DNA of 64,000 bases from an uncultured Planctomycetaceae bacterium (GTDB taxonomy: Bacteria > Planctomycetota > Planctomycetia > Planctomycetales > Planctomycetaceae): the NCBI GenBank assembly GCA_963813715.1, contig CAWFAK010000007.1, positions 96,001 through 160,000 on the forward strand, given 5' to 3'. Shown here piece after piece: positions 44,155-54,723 of this stretch (its first letter is position 1; each line of letters starts with the position of its first letter). The notes under the pieces were generated by a model. That model was given only the letters and a program-made list of their open reading frames with translations. It ran no database searches and was not told where the DNA came from. Position numbers and translations under genes: made by a program.

Positions 44155-45282
44155 TCACGGTTTACCTCCGGGCAGCGGCAGCGTTTGCAGGATGACTTTC
44201 AGGTTGCGATCGATTTCGACGCGACATTGTTCGTATTCATCTTCGCCGAGCCCGATTGGATCGGAGATTTCGGCCCCGTCCCGCGCCAGCAGCTCGACGC
44301 GGTCGCCCAGATGGGGGTAGGAAGCCAGGATTGCGTCGCGGTGACCGCGCGTCATGGCGAAAATCTGGTCAGCCTGTTCCAGCAGACGCTGCGTCACCGG
44401 CTGCGATTCGTGCGCTCGCAAGTCGACACCGTACCGCGCGGCGACCTGGATCGACTCGGGCGCAGCCGGCAAGCCGGATTCGGCCGCCATACCCGCCGAA
44501 AGGACCATGTATCCGTGGTCAGCCAGTTCGTCTTCGCGGCAGTGCAGGCGATCGGCCAGCATCTTGCGGAAGAGTCCCTCGGCCAGCGGACTGCGGCAGG
44601 TGTTTCCCGTGCAGATGAACAAAAAAACTTCGCTGGCGAGCCGCCCGATCATGGTTTCCGTCACGACTCCCGGACGGACGACCGACCAGGATCCGTTGGA
44701 CACGCCGACAACCGTCGCCAATTGCCCGTAGCGGCATTCGCCGTCATCGATCACCAGCTCGACGACGCTGCCGAAGCCATCGAGCAAGCTGCCGGCGGTC
44801 AAAAGCGGTTGCTCGTGACATTCGGTTTGTGCGATTAGGGGCGCGGGCATCAGCCGCAACGCCTCTTGAATGCAGTCGTGAGCGGGAACGCGAATCCAGA
44901 GCCGCGAGTCGGGCGAGAGCGCCCGTTGAGCCGCTTCCGACAGGGCAGAGAACAAGCCCGACTTTGGCTTGAGATCAAAAGCCAGCGTCACGGGACCGGG
45001 CCAACAGCGGCGTGCCAGCCGCTGACCCAGAGCGTCCATGTGCGGCACGTAGTCGAGGGCTTCCTGGAGACCCTTGACCACCAACGTCGTATGGCATGCC
45101 TTGCCTCCGGACTTGCCGGCACTCAAGCGATCGACGGCCGGCCCGACCAGCGAGTGGGCACACGCCGCGTACACCGTCTCGGTCGGAAAGCCGACGATGT
45201 GTCCGGCGATAAGCGACTGCACGGCGCGATGGACCGCGTCGCGAGGGTCGTCGGTTTTACGAAGGTCGACCAGAGCCGACAT
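44155..45282 (-). CDS. Sua5/TsaC(YrdC)-like domain fused to a low-molecular-weight phosphatase (YwlE-like)
   Basis: FPTETVY, WPGPVTL, IRVP, then FICTGNTCRSPLAE and ISDPIG. Confidence 0.9.
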   Translation of the reverse strand: MSALVDLRKTDDPRDAVHRAVQSLIAGHIVGFPTETVYAACAHSLVGPAVDRLSAGKSGGKACHTTLVVKGLQEALDYVPHMDALGQRLARRCWPGPVTLAFDLKPKSGLFSALSEAAQRALSPDSRLWIRVPAHDCIQEALRLMPAPLIAQTECHEQPLLTAGSLLDGFGSVVELVIDDGECRYGQLATVVGVSNGSWSVVRPGVVTETMIGRLASEVFLFICTGNTCRSPLAEGLFRKMLADRLHCREDELADHGYMVLSAGMAAESGLPAAPESIQVAARYGVDLRAHESQPVTQRLLEQADQIFAMTRGHRDAILASYPHLGDRVELLARDGAEISDPIGLGEDEYEQCRVEIDRNLKVILQTLPLPGGKP

Positions 45283-45846
45283 CGGCGCACTTCCCTGAAG
45301 GGCCGCTCGAGCCGCCCTGCGAGTCGGGGCCGGTGCTGACCGCCCGCGTCGGCAAACGCCGCGCTGCGGATCCCCAGCCTGCGATGGAATCGAATTTACG
45401 TATCGGACAATTCGTGTCGATCCTCCGCGGGCGCGGCACGGAGGGAACTGATTTTATGTCGAATGAAACGGCTTGGATCGACCGGTTAGGTAGGCGAGAA
45501 AGCCACGAACTCTCCACGATTGACAAGGCCGCGCAGAGATTCCGAACCGGCTTAGACACGGTCGCCGCCGTGCGCAACCGTCGACCGGATAGGAATTTGG
45601 CTCTGAAGAATCATAATCCGGGCGGGGTCGATCTTCAAGCGGCTGCCGCACGCGAGTGAGCCGGGCTCCCATTGCATTTCCAGGTCTAAAATTTTGCCCG
45701 CTGGACGCGCGAATCCGGTCATAAATGCGTATAACAGGCACACAATGTGCCCTTCTGCTGGGGGCCACGGGGACGTGATCGTCCCTTGAACAGCGTCTCT
45801 GACTTCGACAGCGCTTGCGATTTCGACGTGAGAATCCGGCGAAACA

Positions 45847-46581
45847 ATGACGACACTGCAGCGACGGCGAAAACCGAAACGCAAACTGCCTCGTAAGGCT
45901 TTGCGGCGTCTGGTCGAGTTCAAGGGAATTCGTCGACTGAGCTTCCGCGAATACCGCGACGACATCCGCGAGCTTTACGACGGACCACGCGGCGCCGTGC
46001 TGGCGTTGGGCAGTTTGATCTCTCTGCACGAGCCGCTGATCGGTCACGTGCTGCGGGCCCGAAAGTTCGACATCACCGGCTCGCGCAAAATTCTCGACGT
46101 CGGCTCGGGCGCGGGACAGATCCTGGGACACCTGCTCAAGCAAGCGCTCCCCGACACGCAGCTCGTCGCGTTCGACTTGTCGCATCAGATGCTCCGTCGC
46201 GCTCGCACGCGTGTGAAGGACCGGCGCCCTCAATACATCGCCGGCGACATGATGCGGATGCCGTTTGCCGACGGCACCTTCGATTGTGTGACGTGCGGCT
46301 GGGTGATCGAGCACCTGCCCGATCCCCGCCCCGGACTGCGCGAGATCGGCCGCGTGTTGCGGCCCGGCGCGCGGGCCCTGATTCTGGCGACGGAGGACAC
46401 GGTCTCCGGCGCGTTCGTCAGCCGGACCTGGCGGTGCCGCACCTACAATCGCAGCGAGCTCGAGCGCGCGTGCGACGAAGCGGGCCTGCCCTGGAAGGCT
46501 CAGCTCTGGTTCACGCCGGTCCATCGCTTCTTCAAGATGGGCGGGATTCTCGTCGAGGCCATCAAGCCCAATGTCGATTGA
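45847..46581 (+). CDS. Class I SAM-dependent methyltransferase
   Basis: ILDVGSGAG, DLSHQML, MPFADGTFD, RVLRPG. Confidence 0.92.
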   Translation: MTTLQRRRKPKRKLPRKALRRLVEFKGIRRLSFREYRDDIRELYDGPRGAVLALGSLISLHEPLIGHVLRARKFDITGSRKILDVGSGAGQILGHLLKQALPDTQLVAFDLSHQMLRRARTRVKDRRPQYIAGDMMRMPFADGTFDCVTCGWVIEHLPDPRPGLREIGRVLRPGARALILATEDTVSGAFVSRTWRCRTYNRSELERACDEAGLPWKAQLWFTPVHRFFKMGGILVEAIKPNVD

Positions 46582-46932
46582 GTGCCGCTCGCGCACGTGC
46601 TCGGCGGCCGTGCGCGACCTACGAACCACGGCTCGCGTCCACCGCTTGCTGGACGGGCCGGCCGTCAGTCGACACGAGGTCGGCAAACCAGCGCGGTGAC
46701 TCCCGATCTCGGTATTTCTCCCACCCCCTTCTTTGACGCTCTCAGCAGCGACTCTTGATGGGTTCGTTCGGATTACGTTTTCGATAACTGCCCCGGCTCG
46801 TCTTCGGCGTACTCCCACGCGTCACGAACTTGGCTCTTCTCAGACGAGTCCAGCGGCAGTTAAATGGAACTGGGCTGTGAAGCCAGGTCGTGAAAGGCAC
46901 GCCAGTCCCGTTCCGCGGAGTGAACCGAACCC

Positions 46933-48069
46933 ATGACCGCCACCAAGGTACTCGCGGCTCAGCCGGCCAAGCGGCCGAGTCGCTTCGGACTTGGCTGGCG
47001 GCTCATTGCGCTGTGCCTCTGGACGGCAGTCTTATGCTATGTCGGCGCAAAATGCTTTTTGTGGTGGCGTCTGGACGTGGGCATGACCGAGAGCCCGGGC
47101 GTTGAGGCAGTGTGGCGGCTTCACTACCAGGAGCTGTATTCCTCAGGTGCCGTGAATGCCCGGCTCGGCCCGGACGACGGCTCATACGACGTCCTCTTGC
47201 TCGGCGGATCCGTGCTCGAACAAACGGCGCCGGCCCTCGAACAAGCGTTGCGCAAAGAACTCGACGGCCGAGTGCGGCTGTTCAACTTGGCGCGGGCCGC
47301 CCATACGTCGCGCGACAGTCATTTCAAGTGCCAGCGGCTCACCGGGAAGTCGTTCGACCGGGTAATTTTCTACGACGGCATCAACGACGTGCGGATGAAC
47401 TGCTGCCCCGACGAGGTTTTTCGCGACGACTATCGACATTTCAGCTGGTACGACTCGCTGGAGACTCGGCTGGCCGCCGGCACCGTGTCGGTCTCCGACA
47501 TCCTGGCCTCGAACCTCAAGCGTGGCTCGCTGTCGTTCGACGTCGCGTCGGGGCGCCAGTTCAGCGATCACGTCAAGACGGCCCGCGCGTACCGGCAGAA
47601 TCTCGAGTCGATTGCCGATGCGGCCGACCGTGGCCTGGGCCCGCTCCTCTTGATGACGTTCGCGTCCTACGTTCCCCGGGACTACTCGGACGAGGCCTTT
47701 CGCGCGCACCGACTCGGCTACGGCCGCGGCAAGTACGACGTCGGGCTAGACGTCTGGGGAACGTCAAACGGCGTGCAGGCGGCCATCGCCGCGCACAACG
47801 ACGTGTTGCGCGAGGTCGCCGCACGGCACCAAATGGCGCTCTTCGTCGACGAAGAGAAACAAATGCCCAAGAGCGGCGACAATTTTTCCGACCCCTGCCA
47901 TTTCACCGAACAGGGAATCGCCACCTTCGTTGAGCACACGCTCAGTGCGCTGCGCGACGATGTCGCGCATTTCAAAGCGGCACGCACAGGTCGCGGCAAG
48001 CGCAGCCCAATGACTGGCGCACCGAACGACGCCTGGGAGGCCGCCCGAACCTACTCGGCGTGCTTGTAG
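46933..48069 (+). CDS. SGNH/GDSL hydrolase-like membrane-anchored protein
   Basis: [22 protein letters not shown]-terminal TM. Confidence 0.75.
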   Translation: MTATKVLAAQPAKRPSRFGLGWRLIALCLWTAVLCYVGAKCFLWWRLDVGMTESPGVEAVWRLHYQELYSSGAVNARLGPDDGSYDVLLLGGSVLEQTAPALEQALRKELDGRVRLFNLARAAHTSRDSHFKCQRLTGKSFDRVIFYDGINDVRMNCCPDEVFRDDYRHFSWYDSLETRLAAGTVSVSDILASNLKRGSLSFDVASGRQFSDHVKTARAYRQNLESIADAADRGLGPLLLMTFASYVPRDYSDEAFRAHRLGYGRGKYDVGLDVWGTSNGVQAAIAAHNDVLREVAARHQMALFVDEEKQMPKSGDNFSDPCHFTEQGIATFVEHTLSALRDDVAHFKAARTGRGKRSPMTGAPNDAWEAARTYSACL

Positions 48070-48410
48070 ATCTCGGTCGGAGGCGCGACCTTGCGGTAGC
48101 CGAGGTTCTCGATCACCTCGAGCACTTCGCTCCAGGTGGGGAACTGGCGACCGCTGCGGCGCTTGTAGAGATCCATCGCCTTCATGAAGTCGACCTGATC
48201 GGGCGTGTAATCGCGCTCGCAAGTCGTGGGATCGATTTGACGCCGCCGCTCAACCTTGCTGCGACGCTCGCCCTGACGCTGCTCGATGCCGGACGGCTCC
48301 GGCGCTCCCGTGCCGCGGCGATCGGGCGCGGCGGCGCGGCGCCCCGTGCGGCGACGATCGACAATAAGCTGATTAGCGGCGTTGGTGTGCCTGATCATAG
48401 CGCGTGTCAC
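48051..48410 (-). CDS. Small Arg-rich hypothetical protein
   Basis: Repeated (D/E)RR motifs, then a compact [10 protein letters not shown]...[10 protein letters not shown] domain. Confidence 0.75.
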   Translation of the reverse strand: MTRAMIRHTNAANQLIVDRRRTGRRAAAPDRRGTGAPEPSGIEQRQGERRSKVERRRQIDPTTCERDYTPDQVDFMKAMDLYKRRSGRQFPTWSEVLEVIENLGYRKVAPPTEIYKHAE

Positions 48411-48631
48411 CCCTTCTGATGTCTTAGGCGGGTTGGGCGGACGGTAGTTCCCGTTGGGGCAAGTGTGGGACTGGGGTGTCGGCGTGTCGCTGTCGCTGGC
48501 TTTTCGGGACGGCCCTCATGGCCTGGAAAAGCCGCTTTAATTATTCCCGGTAGAATCCACCCAGGCAGCAGCTAACGGTGAAGAAAGCAAGGAAAGCCCG
48601 GCGAACAGTGCGGACGCGGCAGTCTTCCCGC

Positions 48632-50687
48632 TTATTCCGCGCGTGACGGTTTTGCGGGGCCGGAAGTGCCCGGAGCCACGCGTGCTGCCGGGCTTTCGGT
48701 AGAGATGGCAGCTTTCGCGATTGGGTCGTTCTGGATCACGCCGCCGACCACCAGGCGAGCCGACCCCTCGCCCACTCGCCCCGCCGCAAAGACGGTGTCG
48801 AACAGGCTGGCGACATCTAGAAAGCGAGTGAGCACTTCGTTCGCATCGGCCGAACTGATCGATCGCACGCGCGTCGCGTGCTGCACCAGCTGCTGTCCGT
48901 GCTCGACGAGAAAGCGGCGGATTCCGGCCGTGTCGATGTAAACGACCTGGTTCTCCCGCGGAAAGTAGCGTTTGGCGAGCGTCTCAATGGCCGGAGGGAT
49001 CGAGCTCCGGACCGCGGAGTCTTCCCGGGAAATGAAGTGCCGTACAGCCTGCGGACTCGTGGCGAACACCAAAAATCGCGAGGTCAGCGAATAGGCCGGC
49101 TGGTATGGGCCCAGGCTGTCGATCCAGCGAGTCCGCGTGATCCCGATGCTTTCCGTGCGCACCACCGCGGGCTTGCCCGTCGACCGCATGTTGAAATAGG
49201 CGGCCGCCAGGTTCAGACCGATGTTGAGGCCGTTATCCAGCGCGTCGCGAAACGAAGGAGGCCGTTCCGGCGCGCCGGGGCCTGTCACCACGACGGCGGC
49301 CGCGCCCGAGTTCGAGCAGGGCGCAATCGTCGTGTCGGCTGGCGGCAGCTCGGCCCCGATCAAGCCGTCGATCGGCAATTCGTCCGGTTTGGCATCGGTC
49401 CGCGCGACGATGTAGGCGCCGAAATTCTCGCGGAAGGCCGGCAGCACGTCCTCGAACGGATCGAGCCCTAGCAAAAGGCCTCGACTGACCTGGCGCAGTG
49501 ACTCCCACACGCCGCCGCCTGCGTCTTTGGCGCTTGGAGGCGCCAGTTGTCTGAGCAAGTCGCCGAACGCCTGCCGGCCAGCCACAACGACGAGCGCGTC
49601 GTGCGGGACCAGGCGGAGAAAGTCGGCGGCGCCCGACATCGATTGAATCCATTTCCGCCCCTGATCAGAGATGCCGTCCATTGAGTAGTGGGCGACCGCT
49701 TCGACGACAATTCCCCGATCGACTTGCACGCCAAAAGCCAGCCATTCGCAGCGCCGCCAGGCCGCTTCGAAGATCTTGGCTAGGGACATATGGACCGGCG
49801 ATTTTGCCGGGGCAGAGCCGCCGGCCGAAAGTCGCCGCAGTCTGGCTCGCGGGCGCCGAAGAAGCTGCCGCTCCATTGGGAGTGAAGCCGAAAACACGGT
49901 CCCAGGCTCGCGGATTCACATAGGCGCGGGCGGCCTGCCCCCCCTGCAGCGATTTGTGCGCGGCCTGATAGGCAGGGAGCCCGAGCAAGCTTTCATTCAA
50001 ACCGGACGCCCGCGCCAGCGTGAGCGAGCGGCGGATCCACTCCTCCCGGTCGGTGAGCATCAGCGTGCGATCGAGCTTACAATAGAAGAGAACCAGCGAC
50101 CCGGATCCTCCTTTTGCCGAACAGGTGCGCTTGTAGTAGGTCTGCCCGGCGAACTCGATCGGCTCGGTTTGCTGCGGCTCGGCCCGGTTCCACCCCTCGA
50201 TCACCGCGTCGAGCGCCTCGCGGCTGGACGTCTCCGTGAGCATGATGGCCGACATGTCCGGGCCGGGCTCGGCATAGACGGCCACAACGACCGCCCGTCC
50301 GAACATGTCGTGAAAAAACTGGCGGAACGATTTGCCGGTGAAATTTTCGATGACTTTGACGATGCCGCGGGCATGGCGATACTCGCTTCCCGATTGCCAC
50401 TCCGCGTAGATCTGCGACCGCTGCAGCCGCTGGAAAAACTCGCCCCGCTCGAAGGCGGTCACCGTGTCTTCGAGATGCGGGATCTCGACGCAAAGCCCCG
50501 CGTCCCGGCCGACCAGACGCACCAGCCGATCGATTGACTCGTCGGCCCATGCCGTCGAACCGATCGACCAAAGCGCCAACACGATTACCAAGCGCGACAG
50601 CAGTTGGCTCACGCTCGACTTCGCTCGTTGCGTGCGCTGCCGTCGGATCGTGGCCGATCCCGGCCGACAAGGAGTTGCCGCAATCAT
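48632..50687 (-). CDS. Large secreted hypothetical protein (possibly DUF3352-like); frameshift near 49800-49890
   Basis: Signal LVIVLALWSIGSTAWA in ORF 49665..50687 continues into ORF 48632..49897; ATGA coupling to the upstream gene. Confidence 0.7.
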
Positions 50688-51495
50688 GTCGCCGGCGTCC
50701 GTTTTTCTGGAACCGCTTGGATCAGAAACTCAAACGCGTGGCTCAACTGGTGAGTCACAGGCGCGATCTCTTCACGCACTCCGTCGACCCAATGATCGTC
50801 GCTCGGCGGAGCGGCCGGCGCGTCGGCGACCGGATCGGCCGAAGGAACCAGCACCGTCGCGGCAGTGACCGCTTTGGCGGCATCACCAGCCAAGTGCAGA
50901 TAGGCGGAGCCGGCATCCGCCACCATCAACTCGACGGGCGCACCGGCAGACGCGGGCGCTTGCGCGTCGACTTGTGCGGCCACCCGCTTAGCGGGCGAAG
51001 TGCTCGCGACTTGTTCGTGGTGTCCACCACCGAGTTCTGGCCCGCGACGGGCTGAGTGGGAGCGGCAGGCGGCAGCGGTCGACGAATCAGCAGCATCGCC
51101 ACGAGGCCTAGCGCCAGCGCCGCGAGACTCAAGCCGGCAGTCCCAATGAACTGACGACCCAGTATTGGACGACCCAGTATTCGGCGACCGGCTCCGCGTT
51201 CCGGGAGAGCGATCTCCCGCGCAGGCGCGGCTTCTGCGCCGAGCGGTGCGCCGTCTTCAATCGGTGCAACGCCCGCCGCGACCTGAGCCAGAATCCGCGC
51301 GGAGAGATCGGCCGACGGCGCCGGCTTCTTCCAGGCCACCACGGCCCGTTCGACAATCAGCGAGTCGAGCCACAGCTCGCGGCACTGTGGGCATGCCCCG
51401 GCATGTTCGCGCAGCTGGGCCACGTCGATCGACGCACGTCGTTCGACAAGTTCGGCCAACTGGCGGCTAAACTCCGTGCAATTGATAGTCGGCAT
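50684..51495 (-). CDS. Putative anti-sigma factor (ZAS type, one TM); frameshift near 50990
   Basis: C...HAGACPQC (HxxxCxxC), TM helix, overlaps the sigma stop. Confidence 0.8.
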
Positions 51496-52028
51496 TGTTC
51501 ACCACTCCACGACGCCGCAGACGTTCGGCCAGCTCGCGCCGTGCGCGATGCAGCCACGTCTTGACCGTTCCTTCGGGTCGATCGAGCACGGAAGCAATCT
51601 CCGCGCAGCTTAGCTCTTGCTGGTAGAAGAGGACAAAGCAAAGCCGGTAGTCTTCGCGAAGGGCCGCGACGGCCAGATCCAGCTCGTCGCTGAGCTCCCG
51701 CGAATCGCCCGCTCCGCTGGCGACGATACGGCTGATTTCGACGCTGCTGCGGGCCGCGTCTCGCGGTCGCTGCCTCAAGGCGGTGCGGCAGCGATTCGCG
51801 GCAATGGCCAGGATCCAGGGCTGCAGCGGCCGCGTCGGATCCCAGCTTCGCAAGGCGCGAAACACCCGCAGGAAGACATCCTGCGTGACGTCCTCGGCAT
51901 CTTCGCGTTGGCTCAACATCTTCACGCAGACGGCAAACACCATGGACTGAAACCGCTCGACGAGTTCGCGCTGCGCCCTGCTCGTTGCCTTCGAGGCAGA
52001 GTCGAACCAGGGCGGCGTCATCCGTCAC
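51467..52028 (-). CDS. ECF sigma-70 factor; frameshift near 51980
   Basis: DDAALVRLCL, DAEDVTQDVF, WILAIAANR, EIA..L..PEGTVKTWLHRAR. Confidence 0.92.
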
Positions 52029-52056
52029 AAGACCCCCTGCGTGTCCTTGATTAGAG

Positions 52057-52083
52057 TACCGCACACAAGGGCTTTCGGTTTCA
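52057..52083 (-). promoter_or_regulatory. Candidate autoregulatory ECF promoter
   Basis: Minus strand TGAAAC-N16-CGGTA about 30 bp upstream of the sigma GTG; resembles the SigW-type TGAAAC-N16-CGTA. Confidence 0.5.
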
Positions 52084-52366
52084 GCAAACGCGGGCCGCCC
52101 CCCTGGCTTCAGCCGGTTCTTCCGTTCACCAACCCCTGGCCGTATCCGGATGGCGTGCCGCACCTTCGAGCATTGTGACCACTTCCTGCAGCCGGCCAGC
52201 CACGAGCGTCAGGCCCCGGTCATAGGCTGGACTCACTCTGGCAAGTCTACGGCCGCGCAGGGGCTTGCCGCAATCCGGTGTCCGTGGCGACGGCCTTAAT
52301 CCGGTCCACGGCTGTTCGCCCCAAATTACGGGCTCAAACAGTGCCAGTGTCCAGGAGCGTCGGAGG

Positions 52367-52585
52367 TCAGGAGTTTTGGCCCGGGGATCCGCCATGCACG
52401 ATCTCGCGGGCCAACTGGCGCGACGCGCGATAGGCGTGGCGCAGGGTAAACATCCGCGCTTCGATCTGCTCTTCGTTGTAGAGGCGGCCTTCGCTGCACG
52501 GGAGACCGGCAAGAGCCAGGGTCAGCGGCAGCAGATCCAAAAACTCACGATATCGACGTTGGATTTCGCCCGCGTCAGTGCTCAT
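52367..52585 (-). CDS. Small hypothetical protein (72 aa)
   Basis: GGAG upstream; helical protein-like YREFLDLLPLTLALAGLP. Confidence 0.7.
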   Translation of the reverse strand: MSTDAGEIQRRYREFLDLLPLTLALAGLPCSEGRLYNEEQIEARMFTLRHAYRASRQLAREIVHGGSPGQNS

Positions 52586-52832
52586 GGCTATCGACTCCGG
52601 TCACTGCCCATCGATCTCCGAACCGCGCGGAAGGAAGCTCAGGCGGCACCCGGAGGATGGGGTTCTCTCAACGTGGTGTTGCTTGACGCCCCTTCTCCAC
52701 CGCTGCTTTTACCAGTTTTTTGACGGAGAAACAAATCGAGAAACCGAGCTTCAGCAAGGCGCTCGCGACTCGTGGCGTGCAGCAAGCGGATCGTGGCACT
52801 ATCTTGCCACGCGGCTTCGAAATCCGACCCGT

Positions 52833-53851
52833 CTAAACAGGACGCCGCTGAGTGTATCTTTTCAGGATGTCCGCGGCGTTATCCGCCGGCTTGGCGTTGG
52901 GACTCACGGCCGACTTTTGCTCGCCACCAAAGGGCGCCGGATCGTTCGGATCGACGGCCTTTTCAGCAGCCGGCTCCGGCTCAGGGGCCGGCGGTGGCGG
53001 CGGTGGTGCCGGGGCCTTGGCACCAGTGGTCTTCGGGTCGGGCAGGCGGACCGAAGGCGTCGCCGGCTCTTCGATGGCTGCAGCCGGCTCGGGCGTCGCT
53101 GGGGCCGGCTGCTGTTGCGGAGGCGCGTAGCTCGGCGCCGCGGCATAGCCCCCCATCTGCGGATACATGCCCGGATAACCCATCGGCATCTGCGGATAGC
53201 CCATCGGAGTCTGGTAACCCATCCCGGGCGGCAGGTAGGGGTTGTAGTTGGGCTGATAGGGGGGCTGGTAAGGCATCCCCATTGGCGGATACATCTCAGC
53301 CCCGTAGCTGGGCGTCTGCTGGGCGTTCCAGACGACCGTCGTATCGCCGTTATGGCCGCCTCCGGCAGCAACCGGCGAGGTCGGCACGGGAGTCAACGAT
53401 TCCGGGGCTAGGATGCTCGAACCGGTATCTTCCGGAGTAGGCGGCACCGGGATCTCGAACGAAGTGTCACCCGAGGCCAACGGGGTTGTTTCGGACGTGG
53501 CGGCATCGGTGCTCGCGGGTAGCAGCTGCGAGGAGTCGCTCCGCTTCTCGTCCTGATCGCCAACCAACAGTTCGAAGTCGAGTTTACCGACCCGAATATG
53601 GTCGCCGGCGCCGAGCACCAGTTCGCCGCGCACCCGCTGGTTGTTGACGTAAGTCCCGTTTGTGCTGCCGAGGTCGCGGACGCGGACCGAAAAGTCGTCG
53701 ACCCACAGGCGCAGTGATGCCGGCTGACCAGTTCGCTGTTCGGCCGCAGATGGCAGTCCTGCTCGCGGCCGATCAAGAATTTACGCGTCGCCAACGGAAT
53801 AATCTTGCCGTGGTGTCTGCCTCCCACGACCTTCAACTTCGCCTGCAACAT
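52833..53851 (-). CDS. FHA domain protein with Pro/Met/Gly/Tyr-rich tail; frameshift near 53710
   Basis: LIGREQDC, SRHHC, then DLGSTNGTYVN and GDHIRVG in the second frame. Confidence 0.9.
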
Positions 53852-54723
53852 CGAGTTGGAACTCCACCCGACGAACTGGCCCGCAGCCGAATCGTTCGGC
53901 GCGGTCAATTCCTGTGTCTGCGGCAGCTGCCGCACGAGATGCCGGAACACTCACCTTTGCCAATCCGTAGCGCGCACCTCGGAGCGACCGTGGTTACGGC
54001 GTTCGGACGACAACGTTGCTCGATTACGGTTCTTTTCCCTTTGCGCTAACAATCACGTCTGCGACAACGAGAGACCCGTTTGATCGGCCACGGGAGGCCA
54101 AGTGCGACCTGAACGATTCCGGCGGAAGACTGCGAAGATGATAAAGGAAGAACCGTCGGGGGAATCAATCCGTCGATGCACTCTCAAATTACCCGGCCAA
54201 CGCTAGCACCGGTATCAGTCGATGTCAACGCGGGCCCCAGCATGAACTCTGATGACAATTTCGAGGCGTTTTGTCTCGAAAGAGAACGGAAACACCAAGG
54301 TCCTCAGGATTCTCTCATTCTAATACCGGCGTGCTGCCACCGGTAGAGAAAATGCTGTTCACAATTTTGCGGATCGACCGGTTTTCTGTCGGGGCATAGC
54401 ATCATTTACGCCAACTGGCCGCTCCCAAAAACAGACGCCGCTATCGAAAATGTACGATATTCAGAGCCTTGCGGCGTTCGAGGGCGTGCAGGAGCTCACC
54501 GGCGGCCCTCAGGCCGCGGCGTAAAGCCTGTGCGATGAAGCCACGAACGTTACGACGCCGCAATCCCAACGATTCCCGCCGACTTGTTTGCTGCATTGGT
54601 TGGGCGCTGTATCGCTTGGTCGCTGTATCTTTGTCGGCCTGACGGCGCTAAAATCTGTTGCAGGACTGCTTTGACTGATTTCTCTCCCCGCTCCGGCTCC
54701 CCTCCCCGGCTTATTTCGTCGTG

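Noticed and set aside
51153..51190. 15-bp tandem repeat encoding RPILG in the anti-sigma gene
   Set aside because: Short in-frame slippage in a linker, with no further significance evident.
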